Below, one piece after another: positions 1 through 7,446 of a DNA stretch of 53,050 bases. The DNA is from a virus (taxonomy: Duplodnaviria; Caudoviricetes). The notes beneath the pieces were generated by a model. The model did no database searches, was not told the DNA's origin, and was given only the letters and a program-made list of their open reading frames with translations. The stretch lies in the IMG/VR virus record IMGVR_UViG_3300005095_000123, positions 1 through 53,050 of that record. One strand, 5' to 3'. How positions within the stretch are numbered: position 1 is the first letter of the stretch; each line of letters begins with the position of its first letter. Both the position numbers and the translations under genes were made by a program.

Positions 1-142
1 GCCCGCCCTCCCCTATGATGGCCAGGGGGCCTATACCTAGGCCCCGCCGGCCTCTTCTTAACTTGTCCGAAAAATTTCCAAACGTTTGGAATGTTACTAT
101 TGTCGCTATCGTGCCAAGTAGGAGTTCGGTTTGGATTTAACT

Positions 143-559
143 TTAGTCCGCCGGGCGGGCTATGAGAATGTCGTCCGTGCATAGAAGGAGGGCCGGGCCG
201 GTCGTCGCCTCTATGAGGCCGGGCTTGCCGGACACCGTTACCTTTACCGGGGCCGTCGGACGGCAGGTAGTAAGAACCCTGGCCCCGGCCATGACCTTCA
301 CGTCCCGCCCGCCGTTTACTGTGCAAAGCCTAAGATCCCCTACCTGCTTAGAAGAAAAAGGAATACAACACCTCTCTCCGAAAAACGTCTTCTCGCAGGT
401 CTTCTCCGGCGTGGCCGTGAAGTCGAAGAACGTGTTTCGATAGAGCACGGTCCACGGCCCGGCCAGGTCCGTTACGTCAAAGGAGAATACCTTTACCACC
501 AAAGCCATCAACAAAACGAAGAGAATCATGATAACCATGAACGTGACCTTCCTTCTCAT
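143..559 (-). CDS. Hypothetical membrane-anchored or secreted protein immediately downstream of the array
   Basis: 138-aa ORF with AAAGGAGG RBS and an N-terminal basic plus hydrophobic segment (MRRKVTFMVIMILFVLLMALVV). Confidence 0.7.
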   Translation of the reverse strand: MRRKVTFMVIMILFVLLMALVVKVFSFDVTDLAGPWTVLYRNTFFDFTATPEKTCEKTFFGERCCIPFSSKQVGDLRLCTVNGGRDVKVMAGARVLTTCRPTAPVKVTVSGKPGLIEATTGPALLLCTDDILIARPAD

Positions 560-577
560 AAAGCCTCCTTTATTTTT

Positions 578-1648
578 TGGTAACGCTCGTGCATCATGGG
601 TTGCTATCTGCGCTCGGCACGCTTATCTATGTAGGATTTCTTTAGTCTAGCGGCCCGCTTCCTCTTTATGGGCCTCTACTTGTCGCCAGGCCCGCTAATA
701 TATAACGGGTTGCTTCAAAGGTTCGGCCCGCTTGCTATAAATGGGTGCCTGCATCACTTCGGCACGCTTTAAAGCGCGTGGTCTCCTCTTACATAACGGC
801 TCGCTAATGAGAATAGGGTTTCTTTAGGATATTGGCCCGCTAAACCTTTTTGGTCTCCTTACTTAGATTGGGCTCGCTACCTGAAATCTGGAGGCTCAAT
901 CCCACCGGCACGCTGTTTACCCAAGGACTCCTCGCATCGTAGCGGCACGCTGGTCAAGCATAGGGCGTCTCCCGATCTTCGGCTCGCTTGGTCCGTGCGG
1001 ACTGCTAGGACTTAACGGCCCGCTAAAATAACTAGGTCTTCTCAAATTCAGCGGCACGCTAAATAGCATACGGGCTACTTGATTCCCACGGCCCGCTCGG
1101 AGAAGCAGGGTATCTAAATTCTGGCGGCCCGCTAGTCAAAGAGCGGATTGCTTAACTTCCATGGCTCGCTTTTTCCGAAACGGGTTACTTAGTTTCCATG
1201 GCACGCTTCTCTACATAGGGAGTCTAAATCGAAACGGCTCGCTATGCCAATCGGGTCCCTTACATTCCACAGCTCGCTTTGTAAACTCCTGGTAGCTTGA
1301 TTTCCAAGGCCCGCTTCTGTAAACCGGTCATCTAAAGTTTAACGGCTCGCTCCGGCCTTTTAAGGGTAACTTGGCACCGACGGCCCGCATCTGTCCCTTT
1401 GGTTTACTCTACTAAATAAGGCACGCTGGGTCACCGTCGGCCTCCTTTTGCCTTTAGGCACGCTAGATATTGTCGGTTATCTTTGTGGCCCGTCGGCTCG
1501 CTTTTTGTCGTAGGTGGTCTAGCGCACAACGGCCCGCTATGATCTGTCGGTTATCTTCGAGAAGCGTGGCCCGCTTCAACATAGCCGGTCCTCTACCCTC
1601 TCTCGGCTCGCTCTTTTCGGTTGGGCACCTGAATACTAGCGGCGCTTC
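578..1648 (-). ncRNA. TIGR-like tandem interspaced guide RNA array, 29 units of ~36 nt
   Basis: 30 edge repeats (+ strand NGGCHCGCT, first and last degenerate) at 578, 615, 651, 688, 724, 760, 797, 833, 870, 906, 943, 980, 1016, 1052, 1089, 1125, 1162, 1199, 1235, 1270, 1307, 1343, 1381, 1419, 1456, 1494, 1530, 1567, 1604 and 1640. They alternate with 9-nt loop repeats (mostly NGGNNNNCT), separated by unique 8-11 nt (mostly 9 nt) spacers. Strand inferred from the flanking genes. Confidence 0.88.
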
Positions 1649-1908
1649 TTTTTCTTTCGCTTCATAGTCTTGACCTTGGCCTTCGACCAAAGTCTCTTAC
1701 CCTTCTTCGTTCTCTTACTCCTTAACAGGGCAACCGCCTTCGTCCGCCCTCCACGAGGGCCTTCCTTCTCCTTTATTCAAACAAGAACTTTTCGTCCCGG
1801 CTTCTTCGGAACGTCAACGTAGCGGTAGTCCTTACAGCCCCGACGAGTGGCTAGCTTCTCCCTTACATATTTGCCCGTCTTGTAGCGGTAGTATTTTGTT
1901 GTCGCCAT
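1636..1908 (-). CDS. Small very basic protein (90 aa) with in-frame UGA at codon 44; candidate selenoprotein or readthrough
   Basis: Manual translation MATTKYYRYKTGKYVREKLATRRGCKDYRYVDVPKKPGRKVLV-UGA-IKEKEGPRGGRTKAVALLRSKRTKKGKRLWSKAKVKTMKRKKKKRR. The ATG overlaps the upstream TAA (TAATG). Hairpin GCCCTC-GTG-GAGGGC starts 16 nt after the UGA. Confidence 0.6.
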
Positions 1909-2168
1909 TACTTCTTCTTCCTCTTCTTATTTGCCTTTAGAAACTTGGCCGCAAGATTCGCCCTCTTCCTGGTCTTAGGGTTGGGAGATCTCTTACCCTC
2001 TTCGATGCACTTCCACGTCACCTTCTTGTAGCCTTTACGCTGACAGTAGCGCCGGAAAGCTCCCTCGGTCCCCTTGCGCTTGATCTCCTCCTTTACTTCC
2101 TGCATCCACTTCTCTTTACTCTTCCGGCTTGACCTCGATGACCGGCGGGTCTTTTTTCGTTGGGCCAT
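1908..2168 (-). CDS. Small Lys/Arg-rich basic protein (86 aa), possible nucleic-acid-binding or condensing protein
   Basis: ATG at 2168 preceded by AGGAGG; sequence MAQRKKTRRSSRSSRK...KANKKRKKK. Confidence 0.7.
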   Translation of the reverse strand: MAQRKKTRRSSRSSRKSKEKWMQEVKEEIKRKGTEGAFRRYCQRKGYKKVTWKCIEEGKRSPNPKTRKRANLAAKFLKANKKRKKK

Positions 2169-2637
2169 TTCCGTCCTCCTTCGGTCCTTTTCCTCTATCT
2201 TGCCCGTCATCGGCCAAGCCTTCAATCTGAAACACGACCAGGTTTTGCTGGCCGCCTGCCTGCTTCTCACGTAGGAGCCCCTCTATCTTGGCCAGGAGCT
2301 CAAGCGCTTGAATCTTCTCCTGGGGCTTCGTCTTCGGATTCTCTACGATCCGCCGAATCTCCGTTACGAAGTAGTCCTTGCTTACGTTCTGCCGAAGCAC
2401 TATCACTTCCCGGTCGAGGGCGATGGCCTTCTTTACGATCTCCTCTTGGAGCCACTTTAGGGCTGTGGCCCGGCGGACGCCGGCCACCTTGCAAGCCTTG
2501 CTCAGGTCCCCGCCGGTGATCGTAAGGGCTCGGACGAAGGCCCGCTTCTTCTTGCCGAGCCTACGAAAGACCTTCTCCCGCTCTACGAGAGCATCTACTA
2601 TCTCAGTCGGCGCAAGGCTCGTTGGCAATGACGACAT
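2116..2637 (-). CDS. HTH protein, probable terminase small subunit
   Basis: HTH-like GGDLSKACKVAGVRRATALKWL followed by a TerS-like helical region (KIQALELLAKIEG); not adjacent to TerL. Confidence 0.55.
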   Translation of the reverse strand: MSSLPTSLAPTEIVDALVEREKVFRRLGKKKRAFVRALTITGGDLSKACKVAGVRRATALKWLQEEIVKKAIALDREVIVLRQNVSKDYFVTEIRRIVENPKTKPQEKIQALELLAKIEGLLREKQAGGQQNLVVFQIEGLADDGQDRGKGPKEDGNGPTKKDPPVIEVKPEE

Positions 2638-4003
2638 AGCCTTTCTCCTTTATGAGAGCATAGGTCCCCTGATCCATTTGAACGACTGGCGTGATCTTTC
2701 TCATCGCATCCGAGATGGCCTGCGTCAAATTGGCCCTCTTTGTCATTATCGCATCGAGTATTCCGTCGTTGATGGCCTGCTCTATCTCCGCCCCTGTGAG
2801 GGATTCGGAGACGGCCACCAATGCCTCCACGTCTATCTGGTCCCGCTTGGCCTTCGGAAGATTAAGGGCCTTGAGCTTTATCTTGATGATCTCCTCCCTC
2901 TCCGAGGCGAAAGGTGCGTCGAGAAAGAAGATCTTATCAAGACGACCGGCCCGTAAGAGCTCCGTGGGAATACGTGTGAAGTCGTTAGCCGTGAAGATGA
3001 AGAAGACCGGGGCCTGTGTCTCCTGCATGAAGAATAGGAGTTGCGAGAGCATCCGGGCCATGACCCCGGGATTGCCCATCGAATTGTAGCCGGAAAGCTC
3101 CTTCTCCACCTCGTCTATAAGGACTACACACTCGCCGACCCGCTCTATCGTAGAGAGGGCCTGGCGGAGATTGCTCTCTGAGTTCCCTATGTAGGGATTG
3201 AGCAAGGCCCCTATATTCAAGTGGAGAAGGGGCCGCCCTAGTTCATTAGCCACGGCCTTGGCCGAAAGAGTCTTTCCCGTCCCCGGCCATCCAGAGAGGA
3301 GCATCCCTCTCGGAGGCTTTAGTCCTAGCTTCCGCAATCTTCCGAAGTTCTTGAAGTAGAACTTGACCTTCTCGATATACTTCTTGAGTCTAGGAAGCCC
3401 GCCTATGTCGGAGAGCGTCACGTCAGAGCGGATCGTGTTAAGCAGACGGCTGGCATGAATTATCTTCTCCTTGGCCGTGCGCAGGATCTCCGGGTCGTTC
3501 TTGACAAGATAGATCGCCGTGATGCTCTCGACTTCCGTAAGGGAAAGTCCTACCAGCTCTCGGGCTATCTCCTCCGCCGTCTTCTTGTCTAAAGCAAACC
3601 CATCCTTTATATATGCGACGATTTCTTCCTCGGTCGGCGGAGGAAGTTCGTAGGAGACGAAGAGCGTCTCGGCCCCCTTCGGTAGCTCCATACCTATGTT
3701 GACTATATGGGCGTGCTTGCCACGGGCCTTACGGTAGAACTCTATGAGCCCCGGCCCGCCCTTCAAATTGTAGGTGATTACGGCACACGGGGCCTTGCGC
3801 AGGGCCTTGATGATAAAGTCGTCGTCAACGAACAGAGGATCACGACCACCGTCCACGCACTCGAGTCCGCCTTTGGTCATGAAGTAAACAGAGCCCATAG
3901 ACACGGCCTCGAAGGCTTCTCTTACTTTCTGTTCTGCGTGGATCGGATCTGCCGTGAATATCTGGATTAGCGGACAATCAGCCTTGAAGAATTGCTCTAA
4001 CAC
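2603..4003 (-). CDS. AAA+ ATPase (Ycf46-like)
   Basis: DIGGL, Walker A GWPGTGKT, Walker B VVLIDEVEK, second region of homology TAN...PTELLRAGRLD. Confidence 0.9.
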   Translation of the reverse strand: MLEQFFKADCPLIQIFTADPIHAEQKVREAFEAVSMGSVYFMTKGGLECVDGGRDPLFVDDDFIIKALRKAPCAVITYNLKGGPGLIEFYRKARGKHAHIVNIGMELPKGAETLFVSYELPPPTEEEIVAYIKDGFALDKKTAEEIARELVGLSLTEVESITAIYLVKNDPEILRTAKEKIIHASRLLNTIRSDVTLSDIGGLPRLKKYIEKVKFYFKNFGRLRKLGLKPPRGMLLSGWPGTGKTLSAKAVANELGRPLLHLNIGALLNPYIGNSESNLRQALSTIERVGECVVLIDEVEKELSGYNSMGNPGVMARMLSQLLFFMQETQAPVFFIFTANDFTRIPTELLRAGRLDKIFFLDAPFASEREEIIKIKLKALNLPKAKRDQIDVEALVAVSESLTGAEIEQAINDGILDAIMTKRANLTQAISDAMRKITPVVQMDQGTYALIKEKGYVVIANEPCAD

Positions 4004-4571
4004 CTGCGCCCTCCTTTTCTTCCTCCCTTATCCCGGCCAGATAGGACGACACGGCCCGGATGATCGCCTCCTTCCTCGACAAGTCGAGCTCCTCGGCGAG
4101 CGAGTCTATCAGCTCGGCCTCGTCCTGCGTAAGAGTGAGCGACATTCGGACGAAACCGTCTTTCTTCTCTCCGTAGTTTACTTGGAGCCAATTCTTGAAC
4201 TCCGCATAAGACATCTCTCTTGCGAGATGCAACATCTTATCCAGCTCCTCTCTTACGAGATGGATCTTCCCAAGGACGACCGCCGCCTCCTTGAACTTCG
4301 TCCAGTTTATTTCTTCAAGGTCTTTCGGCGTCAGTCCGTAATCACGCATTATCTCTCCGATCTTTACCATATACATGAAATACGAATACGACACCGGTAG
4401 CTGAAGCTCTACATATTCCCTGATCGTGTCGTAGCCCATCGCCCTCCATCCACCAAGCGAATAGAAAGCATAGGCGATCTGTGCTTTTTGATACCACGCC
4501 TTTGTTTCTATACGCATTACTTCTTTGAGCTTATCGCTAAGTGTTATTGCATTGTTCGTCTTGTCCGCCAT
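3978..4571 (-). CDS. DNA-binding protein with C-terminal ribbon-helix-helix (CopG-like) domain
   Basis: C-terminal VRMSLTLTQDEAELIDSLAEELDLSRKEAIIRAV fits the RHH pattern; N-terminal helical/HTH-like region. Confidence 0.6.
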   Translation of the reverse strand: MADKTNNAITLSDKLKEVMRIETKAWYQKAQIAYAFYSLGGWRAMGYDTIREYVELQLPVSYSYFMYMVKIGEIMRDYGLTPKDLEEINWTKFKEAAVVLGKIHLVREELDKMLHLAREMSYAEFKNWLQVNYGEKKDGFVRMSLTLTQDEAELIDSLAEELDLSRKEAIIRAVSSYLAGIREEEKEGAGVRAILQG

Positions 4572-4592
4572 CTTGTCCTCCTACCAATTCAT

Positions 4593-5042
4593 TCAAAATT
4601 CATTCAAAATTCTTTCAGCTTGTCTTCTATCTAGCAAAGGGAATACCGTTGACTCTACGATAGAGAAGTCGAACATGGACGCCAGATGGTCGAGCGAGCT
4701 GTATATGTCTCTCAACCCGTGGTAGATAATGAACTCGATGAATCTGTCGTCAACAGTCCTGCGTAGGCAAAATAGAGTCTTTCCGTCAGGCGTCCAAAAC
4801 AGCTTGTTGCATTTCTCCGTGTGGCAAAAGTTCTTTTTGATTAGACGCTTGATTATGTTCCTGGTAAGCGTCGCCGGCGACACGGCCCGCCGAATGTCAA
4901 CCGGCTTCCCGTTTATGATCCCGAACTCCACGAATCCTATCTTGAACAGCCGTCCGGGGGCCTTCTTTCGGTAGGGCTGTTCCTCGCACACCATGGCCAC
5001 GGTGTCCTCTGATAGGCGTGGGTCGAGGACGACTGTGGTCAT
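4593..5042 (-). CDS. Hypothetical protein
   Basis: ORF in a tightly packed minus-strand operon; start uncertain (ATG 5042). Confidence 0.55.
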   Translation of the reverse strand: MTTVVLDPRLSEDTVAMVCEEQPYRKKAPGRLFKIGFVEFGIINGKPVDIRRAVSPATLTRNIIKRLIKKNFCHTEKCNKLFWTPDGKTLFCLRRTVDDRFIEFIIYHGLRDIYSSLDHLASMFDFSIVESTVFPLLDRRQAERILNEF

Positions 5043-5052
5043 CACGGAGAGA

Positions 5053-5439
5053 CTATTTCCTTCCACGCCCGGCCCTCCTGCGGTAGGCAATGAACGCCAG
5101 GCACCCGGCACCTACGAGAATAAGAGTAGGCGGGGCCGGGACCGGTGCGGTCTCAGGCTCGTCATTTCCAAACGTTTGGAAATTTCCGAATCTGTTCGGC
5201 GAGAATCCGTAGGCCCGGCGGTGGCAGGACGAACACTCCGTCCATCTGGGACAATGATTAATTCCGAACAGAAACTCCCTAGTAGGATTGGGATTGATCT
5301 CTATAGCCAGCGTAGATAGAGCGTTGCCGAGGAGCCACTCCACGGCCTTGGCGTTCTCCTCCACTCCGCCGGCCACCGAAATCTCGCTATATAATAGAAG
5401 GATTGCAAAAATCATGCCTAACGCTTTTTTAATTCGCAT
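5053..5439 (-). CDS. Secreted PEP-CTERM-type sorting-domain protein with a CxxCH motif
   Basis: N-terminal signal peptide, internal CSSCH, C-terminal VPAPPTLILVGAGCLAFIAYRRR (PEP-CTERM-like motif, TM helix, Arg cluster). Confidence 0.75.
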   Translation of the reverse strand: MRIKKALGMIFAILLLYSEISVAGGVEENAKAVEWLLGNALSTLAIEINPNPTREFLFGINHCPRWTECSSCHRRAYGFSPNRFGNFQTFGNDEPETAPVPAPPTLILVGAGCLAFIAYRRRAGRGRK

Positions 5440-5777
5440 AAGCGTCTCTCTATCTCCTCTTTGATTTTTTTCTTTGGGATGTTTACGAGATCGAAGAAGA
5501 CGAGATCATCAATCTTCTTCGATAGTCCTTCTATCTCCCAGAATAGGCGGCGACGGTGGTTCTGATAGAACGGCGATTCGCCCGTCTCCTCCAGATACTC
5601 GAGGTCCTGGAAGACGGACAAGACCACCGCATTGACGAGCTTCTTGACACGCTCCACGTCCTCCTTCGGAGGAGTGTGCCGTTGATGCCACTCATAGAGG
5701 ATCGGCACCCACGACCGAAAGGAGAACGGGTCGTCGGAGAACTTACCTTCCTGGTAGAACTTCTTGATGATGCTCAA
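5418..5777 (-). CDS. Hypothetical protein
   Basis: 119-aa ORF coupled to its neighbours (ATGA overlap). Confidence 0.65.
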   Translation of the reverse strand: MSIIKKFYQEGKFSDDPFSFRSWVPILYEWHQRHTPPKEDVERVKKLVNAVVLSVFQDLEYLEETGESPFYQNHRRRLFWEIEGLSKKIDDLVFFDLVNIPKKKIKEEIERRLCELKKR

Positions 5778-6004
5778 TGAATGGCCTCCGAGTTCTCAAG
5801 CGAAGCCTTGGTCTTTTCAAGATCGAGGAACTCTCGAACCATCATAACGGCAAGGGGCATGATGTCCTTATCCCGGGCACCTGCACGGCAAATAAGAAAC
5901 AGGGCCGCCGCAAACAGCTCATCCCCAGAGAGCTCCTCCGGCTCGTCTATGCGGACAACGACGTGATCGTCCTTCTTCTCCGTGTAGAGCGTGATTCTCT
6001 TCAT
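5774..6004 (-). CDS. Hypothetical protein
   Basis: ATG at 6004 with AAGGAGG RBS; first gene of the left operon. Confidence 0.65.
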   Translation of the reverse strand: MKRITLYTEKKDDHVVVRIDEPEELSGDELFAAALFLICRAGARDKDIMPLAVMMVREFLDLEKTKASLENSEAIH

Positions 6005-6023
6005 GTCGCCCTCCTTTCGTGAT

Positions 6024-6052
6024 CTTCTACCACGGGAGAGGACAAAAGTCAA
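6024..6052 (-). promoter_or_regulatory. Putative sigma70 promoter for the left operon
   Basis: TTGACT-17 bp-TAGAAG on the minus strand just upstream of the RBS of 5774-6004. Confidence 0.45.
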
Positions 6053-6078
6053 GGAAATGCAAGAACTTTCTGCGGAAG

Positions 6079-6362
6079 GCCGGCGTCGCCGGCGGCTACT
6101 GTTTGAAGGCGGTAGTGGGCGAAACCCTGTTTTCTTTTATTACTGATTCCGAAGGAATCAGTAATAAAAATGCCGAAGGCATTTTTATTTCGGAGTTTTC
6201 TATGTCTGATTTTCAGACGGACTTCTCCTTAAATCCCCCTATTGGATTGGTCGCCGAAGGCGACCTGGATGGTGGTTTCTACCAACCCCGAAGGCACGTT
6301 GAACTCGCTCGTTATGCCCTACCGGACACCCGGTTACCGTCGGTTGCCTCTACCGAGGCAAC
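6079..6362. other. Cluster of hairpins, several with CC-GAA-GG loops; candidate replication origin or structured RNA
   Basis: Perfect stems at 6135-6169 (16 bp), 6163-6189 (12 bp) and 6249-6265 (7 bp), all closing a GAA loop; further inverted repeats at 6079-6093 and ~6343-6362. Confidence 0.6.
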
Positions 6363-6587
6363 ACGACTAAAAGCCTAGGGAGGAGTCGCAAGGTTTCTCT
6401 ATCTCTCTAAAAACCAGGGAAGGCATCTTGCGGGCGATCACCAGTAGGCAAGGCCCTACTGGTGAGCAAGGCCCGTAAGTGGGAGGGTTACAGAACCGTA
6501 AGGCTAAACGACATCGGTAAGGCTCTACAAGGCAGGTAGGCTCTTCCTCTATCCCCCTTCCCTCACCCTCCTCCCCCACCCACCACC

Positions 6588-6615
6588 ATTATACAGGCGA
6601 AAAATACCTTGTCAA
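6588..6615 (-). promoter_or_regulatory. Consensus sigma70 promoter
   Basis: TTGACA-16 bp-TATAAT on the minus strand. Confidence 0.75.
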
Positions 6616-6763
6616 GTCCGAAATTCGGCGATTATAGCTGATTATTTTACTTTCGCTTAGCCGAATTTCTTTTTTCTAACTTTCTTGTAGAAAATTAACT
6701 ATTGTAGGATAAAGGCAAATTCACCGTATTTTTGTTTTCGATTGGGTCGTTCCAAACGTTTGG

Positions 6764-6803
6764 AAATAAAAAATGGGGAGCCGTCGGGGCGTCGGCTCCC
6801 CAT
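6764..6803 (-). terminator. Intrinsic terminator
   Basis: 11-bp GC-rich stem (6773-6803) followed by a U-rich tract on the minus strand. Confidence 0.6.
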
Positions 6804-6929
6804 GAGGAAGGAGGCGAGGAGGTTTGGTATGTCGAGGAAGTGTCTATGCAAAAGTTAGGCCCGCCGGGGAGGCGGGCCTAGTTGGGTAGGGGAGGGATGG
6901 AGGACACGGGGCTATGTTCCTAGGCTAGC

Positions 6930-6963
6930 AAATAAAAAAGGCCCCCGCCACAATGACGGGGGC
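6930..6963 (-). terminator. Intrinsic terminator downstream of the HU gene
   Basis: Minus strand GCCCCCGTCA-TTG-TGGCGGGGGC followed by CTTTTTTATTT. Confidence 0.7.
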
Positions 6964-6992
6964 GAGGTGCCATGCCGTCGGCTTGTTGACAC

Positions 6993-7304
6993 TTAGAGGT
7001 ATTTACGCAAGACCCTTGACGCCTTGAATCCGATCGTCCTGTAGGGCTTTACCTTTTGGACTCCGCCCGTCAAGGGAGTCTTGACAGTCTTCCTTCTATA
7101 CTCCCGGGGGTAGAACTTACCAAACTTCGGGATTTTGATTTGGGCGCCCTCCTCTATGATCTTCTCCTCTACCTTGTTAATGAACATACGAATGATGGCG
7201 TTCACGGCCTTGGTGGTGACGCCGAGAGCCTTGTTATGGAGCTTGGTCTCCTCGGCGATCTCTCGGGCGATGTCAGTTATGGTGTAGGATTTTTGCTTGC
7301 TCAT
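6993..7304 (-). CDS. HU/IHF-family DNA-binding protein
   Basis: IKIPKFGKF...KTPLTG...IGFKASRVLR signature; ATG 7304 with AAGGAGG. Confidence 0.9.
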   Translation of the reverse strand: MSKQKSYTITDIAREIAEETKLHNKALGVTTKAVNAIIRMFINKVEEKIIEEGAQIKIPKFGKFYPREYRRKTVKTPLTGGVQKVKPYRTIGFKASRVLRKYL

Positions 7305-7446
7305 GTCGTCCTCCTTTCCGTTTGTGTGCTCTACTTTACCTGTAAGTTCTAGATCTATCAACAAAAATAAGAACTTACAGGGAAGGGCTTGCATCCGTCG
7401 AAAAAGCCGTTAAACTTTCAGGGGAAAACAAGAATAGGAGGAGACG

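Noticed and set aside
76-91. Palindrome as canonical parS or as a terminator
   Set aside because: It differs from the TGTTTCACGTGAAACA-type parS consensus, no ParAB is visible, and it has no loop or U-tract and often lies inside CDSs
578-1648. CRISPR array or protein-coding tandem repeat
   Set aside because: Repeats are only 9 nt and of two alternating kinds, spacers are ~9 nt, there is no cas operon, and unit lengths of 35-38 nt plus stop codons break any reading frame
1463-1690. ORFs 1463-1690 (-) and 1470-1667 (+)
   Set aside because: They run through array repeats and overlap the better-supported 1636-1908 frame; no RBS
1777-1779. Genome-wide UGA reassignment
   Set aside because: Many confident genes (TerL, portal, holin, TasA-like) end in TGA, several in ATGA overlaps with the next start
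6019-6579. ORFs 6019-6378 (+) and 6367-6579 (-)
   Set aside because: No RBS, atypical composition, and they overlap the hairpin and G-tract region
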